From positions 144,520 to 208,519 of the forward strand of contig DHKY01000006.1 of the NCBI GenBank assembly GCA_002404995.1: DNA of 64,000 bases. The letters run 5' to 3'. The translations under genes were made by a program, and so were the position numbers. Below the pieces are notes generated by a model. The model was not told the origin of the DNA, made no database searches, and saw only the letters and a program-made list of their open reading frames with translations. This stretch comes from Bacillales bacterium UBA4682 (GTDB lineage: Bacteria; Bacillota_I; Bacilli_A; RFN20; CAG-288). Shown one piece after another: positions 1 through 9,065 of the stretch; position 1 is the stretch's first letter, and every line of letters begins with the position of its first letter.

Positions 1-1
1 A

Positions 2-1357
2 TACGAGTACGATGCAATAGGCCGGATAAAGGACAGTCGTGGCAGAGAAGAAGAACATTACGAATATGATAATGCCGGGAACATTGTTTCAAGGACACAA
101 TTGGGGATTTCTCATTCCTACCAATATTCCAACAGTGATGACCAGAACCAGATGACCTCAGCTGACTCAAGTCCTGCCCTTTACGATGATTACGGAAACC
201 TCGTTTCCTATAAGAACATGTCACTGGAATGGGCTGACGGAAACATCTTAAAGAAATACTATGACGGGGAAAAGGAAGTTCTTCTCGGATACACCCCGGA
301 TGGCATACGAGTTTTGAAAAATACGGACAAAGAAGGACTCACCTTCTACGGATACTGCGAAGGCAAGCTGCTTGTCTCCTATTCCACTAGAAAAGGTCTA
401 TTACTCTACAGCTATGATGGAAACGGAAAACCGAAAGCTTTGTCCTATAACGGAAAACTCTATTTCTTCGTTCATGACCCACAAGGAAATATTGAAGGAC
501 TCGTTGATTCCCATGGAGCCCCTGCGGTCGAGTACTCCTATTCGACCTATGGAGTTCCAAAAATAAAAGCAGTTTATAACATGGAGCTTGCCGAAGCGAA
601 CCAGATTCTCTATAAGGATTATGTTTATGACTGGGATAGGGGCCTCTATTATCTAATGACGAGATATTACTCTCCAGAACTAATGCGCTTCATCTCCCGG
701 GATGACCTTATACGAATATCCGAAAACGGACTGAATGATCCCTGCTACAATCTTTACGCCTATGCACTGGACAATCCGTTGTCTTTTTCCGACAAGAGCG
801 GATGCCTCGCAGTAGAGGTAGCTGCAGCATCAATCTATGAGGTAATAGCAGGTATAGCATTAACTGTGCTTGCCATCTTCCTGTTAAAGGCGATTGTCTC
901 CTACTGCAAGGATAACTTCCCATCGGATGTACTCCTGACAGAACTTGTGGACAAGACAAAATGGGACCTATATAGAGTGATAAAGGAAGTCGGGGAAATT
1001 ATTATCTTCACTACAGCAGCAGTAACACTGTCTTCCTGGGCAAAATGGATTAGACGAAATCGAACAGCAGAAAATCATCACATCATAGCCCTAAAGGCAA
1101 TTAGAGCTTATCCAGCAAGAAACATCTGGTTAAACAAATGTTACAAAGAAATTGATGATAGTCCAAATGTAATTTCTTTGAATTATGAACTACACCGCCA
1201 CCTACACACAGGGAAGTACTACCGGGCGGTTAACATAGATATAATAAATGCCTATGCTTTCGGACTTTGGAACGACAACGCAGAGGAAATGGTTATAAAA
1301 GCATTATACATTATAAATATAGCTCTTGCTGATTTAAATAAGGAGGCGCCGTTCTAA
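2..1357 (+). CDS. RHS/YD-repeat polymorphic toxin, C-terminal portion (5' end outside window); RHS core end, two predicted TM helices, then an xHH-type HNH/EndoVII-fold nuclease-like tip
   Basis: The frame is open from base 2 (YEYDAIGRI and YEYDNAGNIV YD repeats lie upstream of the track's TTG at 101). Core-end motif GLYYLMTRYYSPELMRFISRDDL...YAYALDNPLSFSDKSG. Hydrophobic stretches AAASIYEVIAGIALTVLAIFLL and IIIFTTAAVTLSSW. Tip ENHHIIA...NVISLNYELHRHLHTGKYY resembles AHH/SHH-class His-Me finger toxins. Confidence 0.8.
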   Translation, partial: YEYDAIGRIKDSRGREEEHYEYDNAGNIVSRTQLGISHSYQYSNSDDQNQMTSADSSPALYDDYGNLVSYKNMSLEWADGNILKKYYDGEKEVLLGYTPDGIRVLKNTDKEGLTFYGYCEGKLLVSYSTRKGLLLYSYDGNGKPKALSYNGKLYFFVHDPQGNIEGLVDSHGAPAVEYSYSTYGVPKIKAVYNMELAEANQILYKDYVYDWDRGLYYLMTRYYSPELMRFISRDDLIRISENGLNDPCYNLYAYALDNPLSFSDKSGCLAVEVAAASIYEVIAGIALTVLAIFLLKAIVSYCKDNFPSDVLLTELVDKTKWDLYRVIKEVGEIIIFTTAAVTLSSWAKWIRRNRTAENHHIIALKAIRAYPARNIWLNKCYKEIDDSPNVISLNYELHRHLHTGKYYRAVNIDIINAYAFGLWNDNAEEMVIKALYIINIALADLNKEAPF

Positions 1358-1358
1358 C

Positions 1359-2108
1359 ATGGTTGAATTTGATTATTTTGAAAAACTTAATCAAGAATGC
1401 AGAGAGCTGATTGCCAAATACAAACAGAAAGATTACTGGAAGGAATGCCATAGTCTCAAAGGAGAAGAGATTCTATACGAAGTCCGTCCTAAATCTTTTA
1501 GAATACCTCAACATCTAGGAAGATATGACAATTTCTTCTATTGGAACTTTCATGGAAAGCCATATAAGCCTGGTAAGCTCATCACGGAAGCGCCAAGCAA
1601 GCATGAGTACTGGAAATACCATCTTGTGAAGGGGAATCTACTATATGTTGAATTCTACCAAATATGGGAAAAACAAAAGCCGAAGCCAGTAGCCGATATT
1701 TATGTCCCAATTGAGGATGGCTACATTCAAGTGGATAAGAAAAACCTTAATAATCTTTTTGTCATTCAGGATAAGGGAGACTACATGCGCTATGTTTCGG
1801 CAACTCCGCTAGGACCTTTGTATCTTGAAGAAAACGAGCCTCAACTTATAAACGAATATATCGTATCCAAAGACAAAAAACATTTTGATTACTACCAGAG
1901 AGCTGGTTTTTGCTACTGTCATTCTATTTTTGAATTAGGTGAAGATAATTCTCACTACTTTCAAGTCACAGAAGATTCGAAATATTTGAAAAAAGACTAT
2001 GCCTCTTGGAAGGCTAAACCCGGTAACGAACATATAGTTCAGAGGTTCCAGACTTCAATTAGTCATCAAATAGAAGTACTTCTTAGTATAGGGTTCAAAC
2101 AAGTTTAG
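1359..2108 (+). CDS. putative cognate immunity protein for the RHS toxin (uncharacterised family)
   Basis: The ATG lies 1 nt after the toxin stop codon. No signal peptide. Paralogous to 2227..2973 (shared GR[YF]DNFFY, [YH]WKY and EP..[IV].EY[IV]VSKD[KR]K motifs). Confidence 0.6.
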   Translation: MVEFDYFEKLNQECRELIAKYKQKDYWKECHSLKGEEILYEVRPKSFRIPQHLGRYDNFFYWNFHGKPYKPGKLITEAPSKHEYWKYHLVKGNLLYVEFYQIWEKQKPKPVADIYVPIEDGYIQVDKKNLNNLFVIQDKGDYMRYVSATPLGPLYLEENEPQLINEYIVSKDKKHFDYYQRAGFCYCHSIFELGEDNSHYFQVTEDSKYLKKDYASWKAKPGNEHIVQRFQTSISHQIEVLLSIGFKQV

Positions 2109-2226
2109 CAAAACAATGGCATGTTAGCATTCAAGGTTAGAATTGTTTCTATTATTTCAATGTTTGTTCGACTTATAGCAAGTTCTCTTTGAAAATAGTT
2201 TTTGAAAACGAATAGGAGCATAGATC

Positions 2227-2973
2227 GTGGTAAATTTTCAATATTACAAAGATGTTTGGGACCATTGTCGGGAGATTCTGAAGAAGTACTATATCAAAGA
2301 CTTCAAAAACCAAATTACATCCTATAAGCAAGGAGAAGTCTTTTACGATGAAGCTCCGGCATATAGGGAAACCTTTCCAAAGCTTGGAAGATTCGATAAC
2401 TTTTTCTATTATGCCTATTCTAAGAAAGAATTCCATCCTAAGAATTTCCTTACCGAACAGCCAAAAGATGCCGTCCACTGGAAATATTACAGGAAAGATG
2501 GAAAACCTCTATTAGTCAATTTCTGTATTCCTGTCATTTCAATAAATTATGATGACTTAGCAAAAGATTACATTCCGATTGATATCGGGTATTTCATCTA
2601 TGATCGTAACATAGGGGATATTACCCACTTCTGCATCACAGAGGAGCAAGAAGACGGAAGGCATTATCTAGATATTACTACTGGGTACAGGATGGTAGAA
2701 GAAACCGAGCCTTTCTTTGTTACAGAATATGTTGTCTCAAAGGACAGAAAACGAGTGGATTCTTATTTGAGGAACGGACTTGTTTTCTTTCACAGACATG
2801 CTACACTCTACCATAATCAGGATTATAGGGATTCAGTTCGAGAAGACAGCAAATTCGTCCGGATTTCAGACCTGAAAATACCAGTTTTAAAAGAAACAAG
2901 GAAACCCTATGTACAGGGAGATCAGACTTCTCATTATAAGAAGCTGATCAAGGAAGGATTTAAACCAGTATAA
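2227..2973 (+). CDS. second, paralogous immunity-like protein (possible orphan immunity gene)
   Basis: 248-aa ORF with a GTG start. Collinear similarity to 1359..2108 over the whole length. Sits directly downstream in the same cassette. Confidence 0.55.
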   Translation: MVNFQYYKDVWDHCREILKKYYIKDFKNQITSYKQGEVFYDEAPAYRETFPKLGRFDNFFYYAYSKKEFHPKNFLTEQPKDAVHWKYYRKDGKPLLVNFCIPVISINYDDLAKDYIPIDIGYFIYDRNIGDITHFCITEEQEDGRHYLDITTGYRMVEETEPFFVTEYVVSKDRKRVDSYLRNGLVFFHRHATLYHNQDYRDSVREDSKFVRISDLKIPVLKETRKPYVQGDQTSHYKKLIKEGFKPV

Positions 2974-3101
2974 CAATCCAATAAGAGAGTTGTTCTACCA
3001 TAGTTTGATTCAAGCACATCGAAAAAAGCTGTTTTCTTTTGAAATAAAGCAAGAACACGGATTCTTAGATTAAGGATTTGATTCTCTTAAACAAATCAAA
3101 A

Positions 3102-3129
3102 GACCCGCTTTATCCTTTCAAAACGGGTC
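3102..3129 (-). terminator. possible terminator hairpin downstream of the ROK-like gene
   Basis: gacccg (3102-3107) pairs with cgggtc (3124-3129). A T-run follows on the minus strand (plus-strand caaatcaaaa at 3092-3101). The 16-nt loop weakens the call. Confidence 0.35.
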
Positions 3130-3163
3130 CTGGTTAAAATGGAAATAATGATTTGATTTAAAA

Positions 3164-4465
3164 CTACCTAAGTCCGGCAATATAAGATTGCCCAAGGCGA
3201 CGGAAATGCTCATCCGAAGTAAACACTTCAATAGAAGACAGACCTTTGTTCTGAAGATATTCTTTTGTACCAAGCAACAAGTATTCGCCTCCTTTTCCTG
3301 TCCTGACTCTACCTAAAGCAAGAACAGATGTGAAAGGAAGAAAACGATGGAAGAAAGCAAGAGCAGAACCGAGATAAGTACCCATTTCCTTATAGCATTC
3401 AAGAACAACCGGATTATTCTTATCTGCTTCTTTCTGTATCTGAACAAGTTGTTGAGGAAGCGTACCGTCAAAAGAAATACCAGCATTCTTGCTTAGACGG
3501 ATAATTCCTTTCTGAGAAAGATATTCAGTACCTGCTCCTTTAGTGCCTAAATCATAATGAGAATAGGCGGACGGAGAATAGTCTAGCGGAATCTTACCCC
3601 ATTCATTAATCCATCCATTGAAGGAAGAATTACAGCAGTATCCACTGGCAAGCCCTGTTCCAAAAGCAAGTCCGACAATATTGTCTTTCTTAAAAACAAG
3701 ACTTCCTCCAAAGGCAGATATATCTCCATCATTATGTACAAGGACAGGAACATTCGAAAATTCTTTTTTTGCGATGTCCATGAAAATGGACCGTACATAG
3801 CGATCCTTATCCTCTTGAGGAACAGACCTGAATAGAGTCGGTTCTAGAAGCTGGTTATGAGAAACAACACCAGCCGTCGAGATTCCGATAGAGTCCACAT
3901 GAGGAAGATGACTAGCTGCGTGTTTAAGACTCTCTAGAATTCCATTGTAGTGATAATGATAGTCTTTTTCACACTTAGGAGACCACAATACTTCTTCGGA
4001 AAAGACATCCTTTCCATCGATGATAGCTGTGACTTTACGATCACTGCCGCCCTCATCAAAACCAATCCGGCACCCTTTGCTCTCCCCGTTTAATCTTGTC
4101 CAAGAACATCTGTCTTTATAGATCTGTCTCGTAGAGGTAAAGGAAAAAGGTGTCTGGAAGATACGTTCCATCCGCTTTATGCTGGTATTCATCTCCTCAT
4201 CATTCCGAATTCTCTGTTTCCTAAAATCAAAGAAGAAAGCATCGCCATTGAATTTAAATTCCGTACCACCAACAAGCCACATTAAAGTAATAAGAATCTT
4301 CTTTATATAGTAAAAAGATTCTTCCCTATTATCACTATGTAGTCCGTGATAAGTATAGGAGATCTCATCCCCGCGCTGAATGGTCAGCAAATACGGATGG
4401 TGGCTTCTCCCCTCAAAAGAGGAGAGAGCACTATCCGCGCCGATGAAATCGGAATTATATTTCAT
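3164..4465 (-). CDS. ROK/ASKHA-family sugar-kinase-like protein with an N-terminal extension of about 130 aa of unknown fold
   Basis: Motifs RIGFDEGGSDRKV (phosphate-1), GISTAGVV, VHNDGDISAFGG and GLAFGTGLASGY. The canonical ROK CxCGxxGC zinc motif is degenerate. The ATG lies 3 nt after the upstream ATPase stop. Confidence 0.6.
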   Translation of the reverse strand: MKYNSDFIGADSALSSFEGRSHHPYLLTIQRGDEISYTYHGLHSDNREESFYYIKKILITLMWLVGGTEFKFNGDAFFFDFRKQRIRNDEEMNTSIKRMERIFQTPFSFTSTRQIYKDRCSWTRLNGESKGCRIGFDEGGSDRKVTAIIDGKDVFSEEVLWSPKCEKDYHYHYNGILESLKHAASHLPHVDSIGISTAGVVSHNQLLEPTLFRSVPQEDKDRYVRSIFMDIAKKEFSNVPVLVHNDGDISAFGGSLVFKKDNIVGLAFGTGLASGYCCNSSFNGWINEWGKIPLDYSPSAYSHYDLGTKGAGTEYLSQKGIIRLSKNAGISFDGTLPQQLVQIQKEADKNNPVVLECYKEMGTYLGSALAFFHRFLPFTSVLALGRVRTGKGGEYLLLGTKEYLQNKGLSSIEVFTSDEHFRRLGQSYIAGLR

Positions 4466-4468
4466 TGA

Positions 4469-7177
4469 TTAGTCCGCTAGAATTTCGAGTAAGCCAGAGG
4501 AAATCCTCTTTCCAGAAACCTTATCAAAGAGAAGAATGCCTTTTCCTTTGGTATTAATCTCCAAAGTCTCGTTCCTACTATAGTCAGAATCACCGAAAAT
4601 AACAGAAGTCAGAAGATAGCCATCGACAGAAAGACGGATGGTCGTTTCCCTGCCGGAAGGCATGGCGGAATAGACTTTTCCTTCCATGCCTTTTCCTTGT
4701 TCAGCAATCGTGAAGAACTCAGGACGGATACCAATGACATAATCATCTTTTTCAATGACTTTCTCATCACGGCGTTCTTTATCACCATCCTCAGTTAACC
4801 TGTGATAGTTGAAGAGAGTATCTTTGTTTCCTTTTTCAACATAGGAACGAAGTTTCTTTAAACGAAGAAGTTCTTCTTCTTTCTTCTCTGCTTCCAAATC
4901 TCGTGTCTTGATTTCCTCTTCTAAGGAAATAGGTGCATTCGGATAGAAGACTGCATGCCGATTATTAAAGAAAGTCCTATATAAAGAACCATCTTCTCTC
5001 TCCTTGACCTTCGTTTCAATGAAGGTAATCGCTGGATTACCGACAAAGTCAGCAACAAAGAGATTATTCGGACGACGATAGACCGTCAATGGTGCATCAT
5101 ACTGCTGAAGAACACCATTGTTCAATAAGCAGATGTGGGTGGCAAGAGTCCTTGCTTCGAGCTGATCGTGGGTAACATAGACAAAGGTAGCTCCGGTATC
5201 CCGGTGCAAACGCTTAAGCTCAGAACGCCTTTCCAGACGAAGCTTTGCATCAAGGTTGGAAAGCGGTTCATCCCTGAAGAGAACCTTCGGTCCAGGAGCT
5301 AACGTACGTGCAATAGCAACACGCTGCTGCTGACCACCAGATAATTCATTCGGGAAACGATCCCTGAATTCTTCGACTTTAACAATACGGGCTGCATGGC
5401 GAAGCTTCAACTCGATTTCTTCTTTGTCCAAAGCACGGACTTTGGAAAGATGGCAGGCTTTTCCATTAATCTTGGAAATAGCAATATTCCTCTCGCCACG
5501 GGCAGAATTGATAAGGGAAGTGTATTTTTCCCTCTCAAGAGAGTAATCCTTCAGAGTCTTGTATTTTGGCTCTAAGGCAGCATAAGTCCTCTTAACAAGG
5601 GAAGCAGCAGCCTCGCGGATCCTATCATGAGCTTCTTTGTACTCTTTCTTATTCGGATGAGAGACCGATTCGACGACTTCTTCCAAGAATTCAACAAGAC
5701 CATTACGGATAGCTTCTTCTGTTCCAAGGCAAGCATCATCTGCTTTTTCATAGAAAGCTTTGATGGCATGGTTCTTCTTGGCTTCATCGATGTGATTGAC
5801 TAAGTCAAGGACATTGGCTTTGGCTTCCGGAACAACACGTTCTGCCTGATCAAGGAACCGTTTCCTAGCCGCTTTGTTTGCTTTATGATCAACCTTGTAA
5901 CTAGCCCCTTCCACGTATTCGAATGCTTTGACAATCTTATTCTGTTCTTCTTTCGGGAGATAAGAGATTTCCTTCTTCAGTGAAGAATAGAATTCATCAA
6001 GGGTTCCATGTCCGATAGCAGAGACAAGTTTATCGAAATAAGGTTCAATACCCTCGCTGATCTGCAAAGAATAGTTCCGCATAGTCTTATTGTTCGAAAC
6101 CATCTGGGCATTGATTTTCTTTTCATCATTGGTTGCATAAGCTACCATCCTCTGCTGAAGCAAAAGAATCGTCCTATGAACAGAGTCATCTCCAAGGAAG
6201 AAAAGAGAATCCTTGATTTCTTCAAAGAACGCATTAATCTTATCTTTTTCTTCTAGATAAGCAGGAATATTCTCTTCCCTGATCTGGATATCCTTCTTCA
6301 GAACTTCACGTTCGCTCAAAGGAAGAAGATTCCTAGCTTCCTTCCTCTTCTCGATATGATTCGCTAAATGTTGATTCTTCTCAGAAAGCTTCCTCTCAAC
6401 ACCAAAGAGACGATTTTCCTCTTTCAGAGTATCTCCTGCTTTTTCAAGTGCATAAGCCTGCTTGAGGAAGGAGTCTACATTTCCGTCACCTGCCCTAGCC
6501 TGGTTATAGCCTGGAATCTGAACAAGCTGACCATCATCTAAGACCTGAATATCTTTCTGCATCCAAGCTGCTTTCCTTTGATCCAAAGCAGCATTACATT
6601 CTGAGATTTTCAAAGCGACCTTATTCTCGACATCGCCATTTTCTAAATGAAGCTTAAAGACTTCTTTTGCAGTGTATTGACTGACTGTGAATTCATCAAT
6701 AATCTTGATGATAGCACGGCTATCAATGATACGGCCTTTCTTGTCTTTCGCATCATTGACAAGCTTAATGACTTTATTCGGATCTTCTAGAACACGAATG
6801 ATATCCTTCCGGGTCTTGTATTTGAAGTCACAGACGGGAAGCTTTTCTTTAACATTCTTTAGACCGAAAGTAATGTTCTGATAGACGGTCCTATTTGGCC
6901 AGAGAGCATAGTTCTGGAAAAGGAATCCGACATCCCGCTTATTCGCAGGAACATTGATACCAGCTTCGGAATCGAAGACAACCTTGTCACCGATTTTGAT
7001 TTGTCCGGAAGTCGGCGTTTCAAGACCCGCAATCCTACGGAGAATTGTAGTCTTTCCGCATCCGGAAGGACCTAAAAGAGTAATGAACGATTTATCTGGG
7101 ATATCTAAGCTGACATGGTCTGTTGCATAGAAATCTTTCCAGCGTTTGACAATATCCGTTAAAACAATACTTGGCAT
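4469..7177 (-). CDS. ABC transporter ATP-binding protein (MalK/PotA/FbpC type, with C-terminal regulatory domain) carrying an insertion of about 470 aa
   Basis: Walker A LLGPSGCGKTT, Q-loop FQNYALWP, signature LSGGQQQRVAIAR, Walker B VLF[M]DEPLSNLD and H-loop YVTHDQ. GGAGG lies upstream of the ATG. About 470 aa rich in K and E separate the Q-loop region from the signature motif. Confidence 0.9.
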   Translation of the reverse strand: MPSIVLTDIVKRWKDFYATDHVSLDIPDKSFITLLGPSGCGKTTILRRIAGLETPTSGQIKIGDKVVFDSEAGINVPANKRDVGFLFQNYALWPNRTVYQNITFGLKNVKEKLPVCDFKYKTRKDIIRVLEDPNKVIKLVNDAKDKKGRIIDSRAIIKIIDEFTVSQYTAKEVFKLHLENGDVENKVALKISECNAALDQRKAAWMQKDIQVLDDGQLVQIPGYNQARAGDGNVDSFLKQAYALEKAGDTLKEENRLFGVERKLSEKNQHLANHIEKRKEARNLLPLSEREVLKKDIQIREENIPAYLEEKDKINAFFEEIKDSLFFLGDDSVHRTILLLQQRMVAYATNDEKKINAQMVSNNKTMRNYSLQISEGIEPYFDKLVSAIGHGTLDEFYSSLKKEISYLPKEEQNKIVKAFEYVEGASYKVDHKANKAARKRFLDQAERVVPEAKANVLDLVNHIDEAKKNHAIKAFYEKADDACLGTEEAIRNGLVEFLEEVVESVSHPNKKEYKEAHDRIREAAASLVKRTYAALEPKYKTLKDYSLEREKYTSLINSARGERNIAISKINGKACHLSKVRALDKEEIELKLRHAARIVKVEEFRDRFPNELSGGQQQRVAIARTLAPGPKVLFRDEPLSNLDAKLRLERRSELKRLHRDTGATFVYVTHDQLEARTLATHICLLNNGVLQQYDAPLTVYRRPNNLFVADFVGNPAITFIETKVKEREDGSLYRTFFNNRHAVFYPNAPISLEEEIKTRDLEAEKKEEELLRLKKLRSYVEKGNKDTLFNYHRLTEDGDKERRDEKVIEKDDYVIGIRPEFFTIAEQGKGMEGKVYSAMPSGRETTIRLSVDGYLLTSVIFGDSDYSRNETLEINTKGKGILLFDKVSGKRISSGLLEILAD

Positions 7178-7179
7178 AG

Positions 7180-8994
7180 TTAATTTCCTCCGACGCCTTT
7201 ATCGATAGAAGCACCCGTAAGCTTATTGACAATCAAATTGAAGAGAAGGACCGTTAAGATAATGAGAAGGTTAAGAGCATTAGCGGACTGTGGCCACCAT
7301 TGCATCCAGCTATCAAGCAAGGTAGTCCTTAACACTGTCTGTCCGGAAGCGAGAAGAACAAACAGAGATAATTCACGCCTGCAGGAGGTGAATGGTAAGA
7401 GGTATCCGGAGATGACCGTTGATTTCTGGATAGGAACAATGATTCGAAGCATACGTTTCCACCAGGGAATATTCTGAATGACAGCAGATTCCTCAATTTC
7501 TCCTGAGAGCTGCATCCTCGCTGAGATACCGCTACGAGAAGCAAACGGAAGATACTTGAAGGCTCCGACTAAAATCAGAAGAACAATCGAGTTCTGAATA
7601 CCGAGCGTTGTTCCGATGCTTAAGAAAGCAGCACCTAAAGCCATAGAAGGCCTAAGATAAGGTAAGAAGGCAAGGTTATCAACCAGAGTTGACAGAACAG
7701 TTCCACGACGTTTTGCAACCGCATATCCTATTAAGATACCTAAAGTACCAGCAATCAGACAGCAGGAGATGGAAAGCAAAATCGAATTACGGAAAGCAAG
7801 CCAGACCTGTGGTTCGAATAAAATACCGACTAATCCATTTCCGGCATCTGTTTCCGTTCGGCTGATCCAGTACTGAAGTGTCCTAGAGGAATAGTCTCCA
7901 GAGCGGACACAGAGAGATTCTAAGGCAAATGTAATCAAAGGAAGCACGGAGCAGAACAAAGATAAGAAGACAAGGATGACAGCAATCGGATAATTCCATC
8001 CACGAAGCTTGATATAAGAAACCTGTCCTGATTTTCCGGTAACAGTCGTAAAGTTCTTACGTTTGCCAGTAAACCACTGGTTGAGAAGAAGAATACCGAC
8101 GCCTAAGACAATCATGACAATAGCAAAGATATAGGCTTGGCCATAGTATCCTTTGTTAGTGAACTGTTTCCTATAGGTCGTAAGAACGTATTGTCCGCCG
8201 CCAAGATACTGAGGGACAGCATAGGCAGACCTTGAAGAAGAAAAGACAAGAAGGAAGGTTGAAATGATAGAAGGCATAACGATAGGAAGAGTAATTTTTC
8301 GTGTGATTTTCCAACGGTTTGTCTTTAAAATTGTTGCCGCTTCTTCCAAGTTGGCATCCATGTTACGTAAGATACCACCGATAAGAATGTAGGCAAATGG
8401 AGCATAATGCATGCCTAGCACAACTGCACAGGGGACGATTCCATAGACCATTCCGCTCGGAACCGAAATATGGAACAAGTTATAGAGCATACCACCGACA
8501 CCAGTTCCAATATCTGGGTTCTGGAAGAAGTTCTGCCAGAACGTAGCAAGAGTCCAAGAAGGCATGATATACGGGAACACGAAGATACTGGAAAGGAATT
8601 TCTTTGCCTTGATATCCGTGCGGGTAATCAAAAAAGCGACAATGCCACCATACAGAATGGCGATTACACTCGCTAAGAGCGACATTTCCAACGAATTCAA
8701 TAAAGGCTTCCAGAAATATGTTTTTGACCTGCTGCTTGCAAAGACACGATTCCACCATGCTGTGGTAAACGATCCGGGAATGAGTCCAAAAGTAATTTCA
8801 CTGATGCTGACCGTAAATGTTGACTGGACAAGAGAAACCAAAGGATAAATCGTGAAAACAAGAAGAACAGCTGTAAAAATAACAAGCAGAACGTTCGCAG
8901 GTACAGAAAAATACCGCCGAACACTGTTCAAGCCGTGTTTGATTTTTCCTTCTTTCTTTGGCCTATGGTCGATGATTAAGTCCCTATTTGCCAT
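7180..8994 (-). CDS. ABC transporter permease, fused double-domain (FbpB/ThiP-like, about 12 TM)
   Basis: 604 aa, highly hydrophobic, with two tandem BPD-transporter-like halves. AAGGAG RBS. Lies between the binding protein and the ATPase. Confidence 0.85.
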   Translation of the reverse strand: MANRDLIIDHRPKKEGKIKHGLNSVRRYFSVPANVLLVIFTAVLLVFTIYPLVSLVQSTFTVSISEITFGLIPGSFTTAWWNRVFASSRSKTYFWKPLLNSLEMSLLASVIAILYGGIVAFLITRTDIKAKKFLSSIFVFPYIMPSWTLATFWQNFFQNPDIGTGVGGMLYNLFHISVPSGMVYGIVPCAVVLGMHYAPFAYILIGGILRNMDANLEEAATILKTNRWKITRKITLPIVMPSIISTFLLVFSSSRSAYAVPQYLGGGQYVLTTYRKQFTNKGYYGQAYIFAIVMIVLGVGILLLNQWFTGKRKNFTTVTGKSGQVSYIKLRGWNYPIAVILVFLSLFCSVLPLITFALESLCVRSGDYSSRTLQYWISRTETDAGNGLVGILFEPQVWLAFRNSILLSISCCLIAGTLGILIGYAVAKRRGTVLSTLVDNLAFLPYLRPSMALGAAFLSIGTTLGIQNSIVLLILVGAFKYLPFASRSGISARMQLSGEIEESAVIQNIPWWKRMLRIIVPIQKSTVISGYLLPFTSCRRELSLFVLLASGQTVLRTTLLDSWMQWWPQSANALNLLIILTVLLFNLIVNKLTGASIDKGVGGN

Positions 8995-9065
8995 TTTTAT
9001 CTCCTTAATGGGGAAGAAGGACGGAGAGAGTATCTCCGTCCTTCTGCAAATTCAGAATCGAATAT

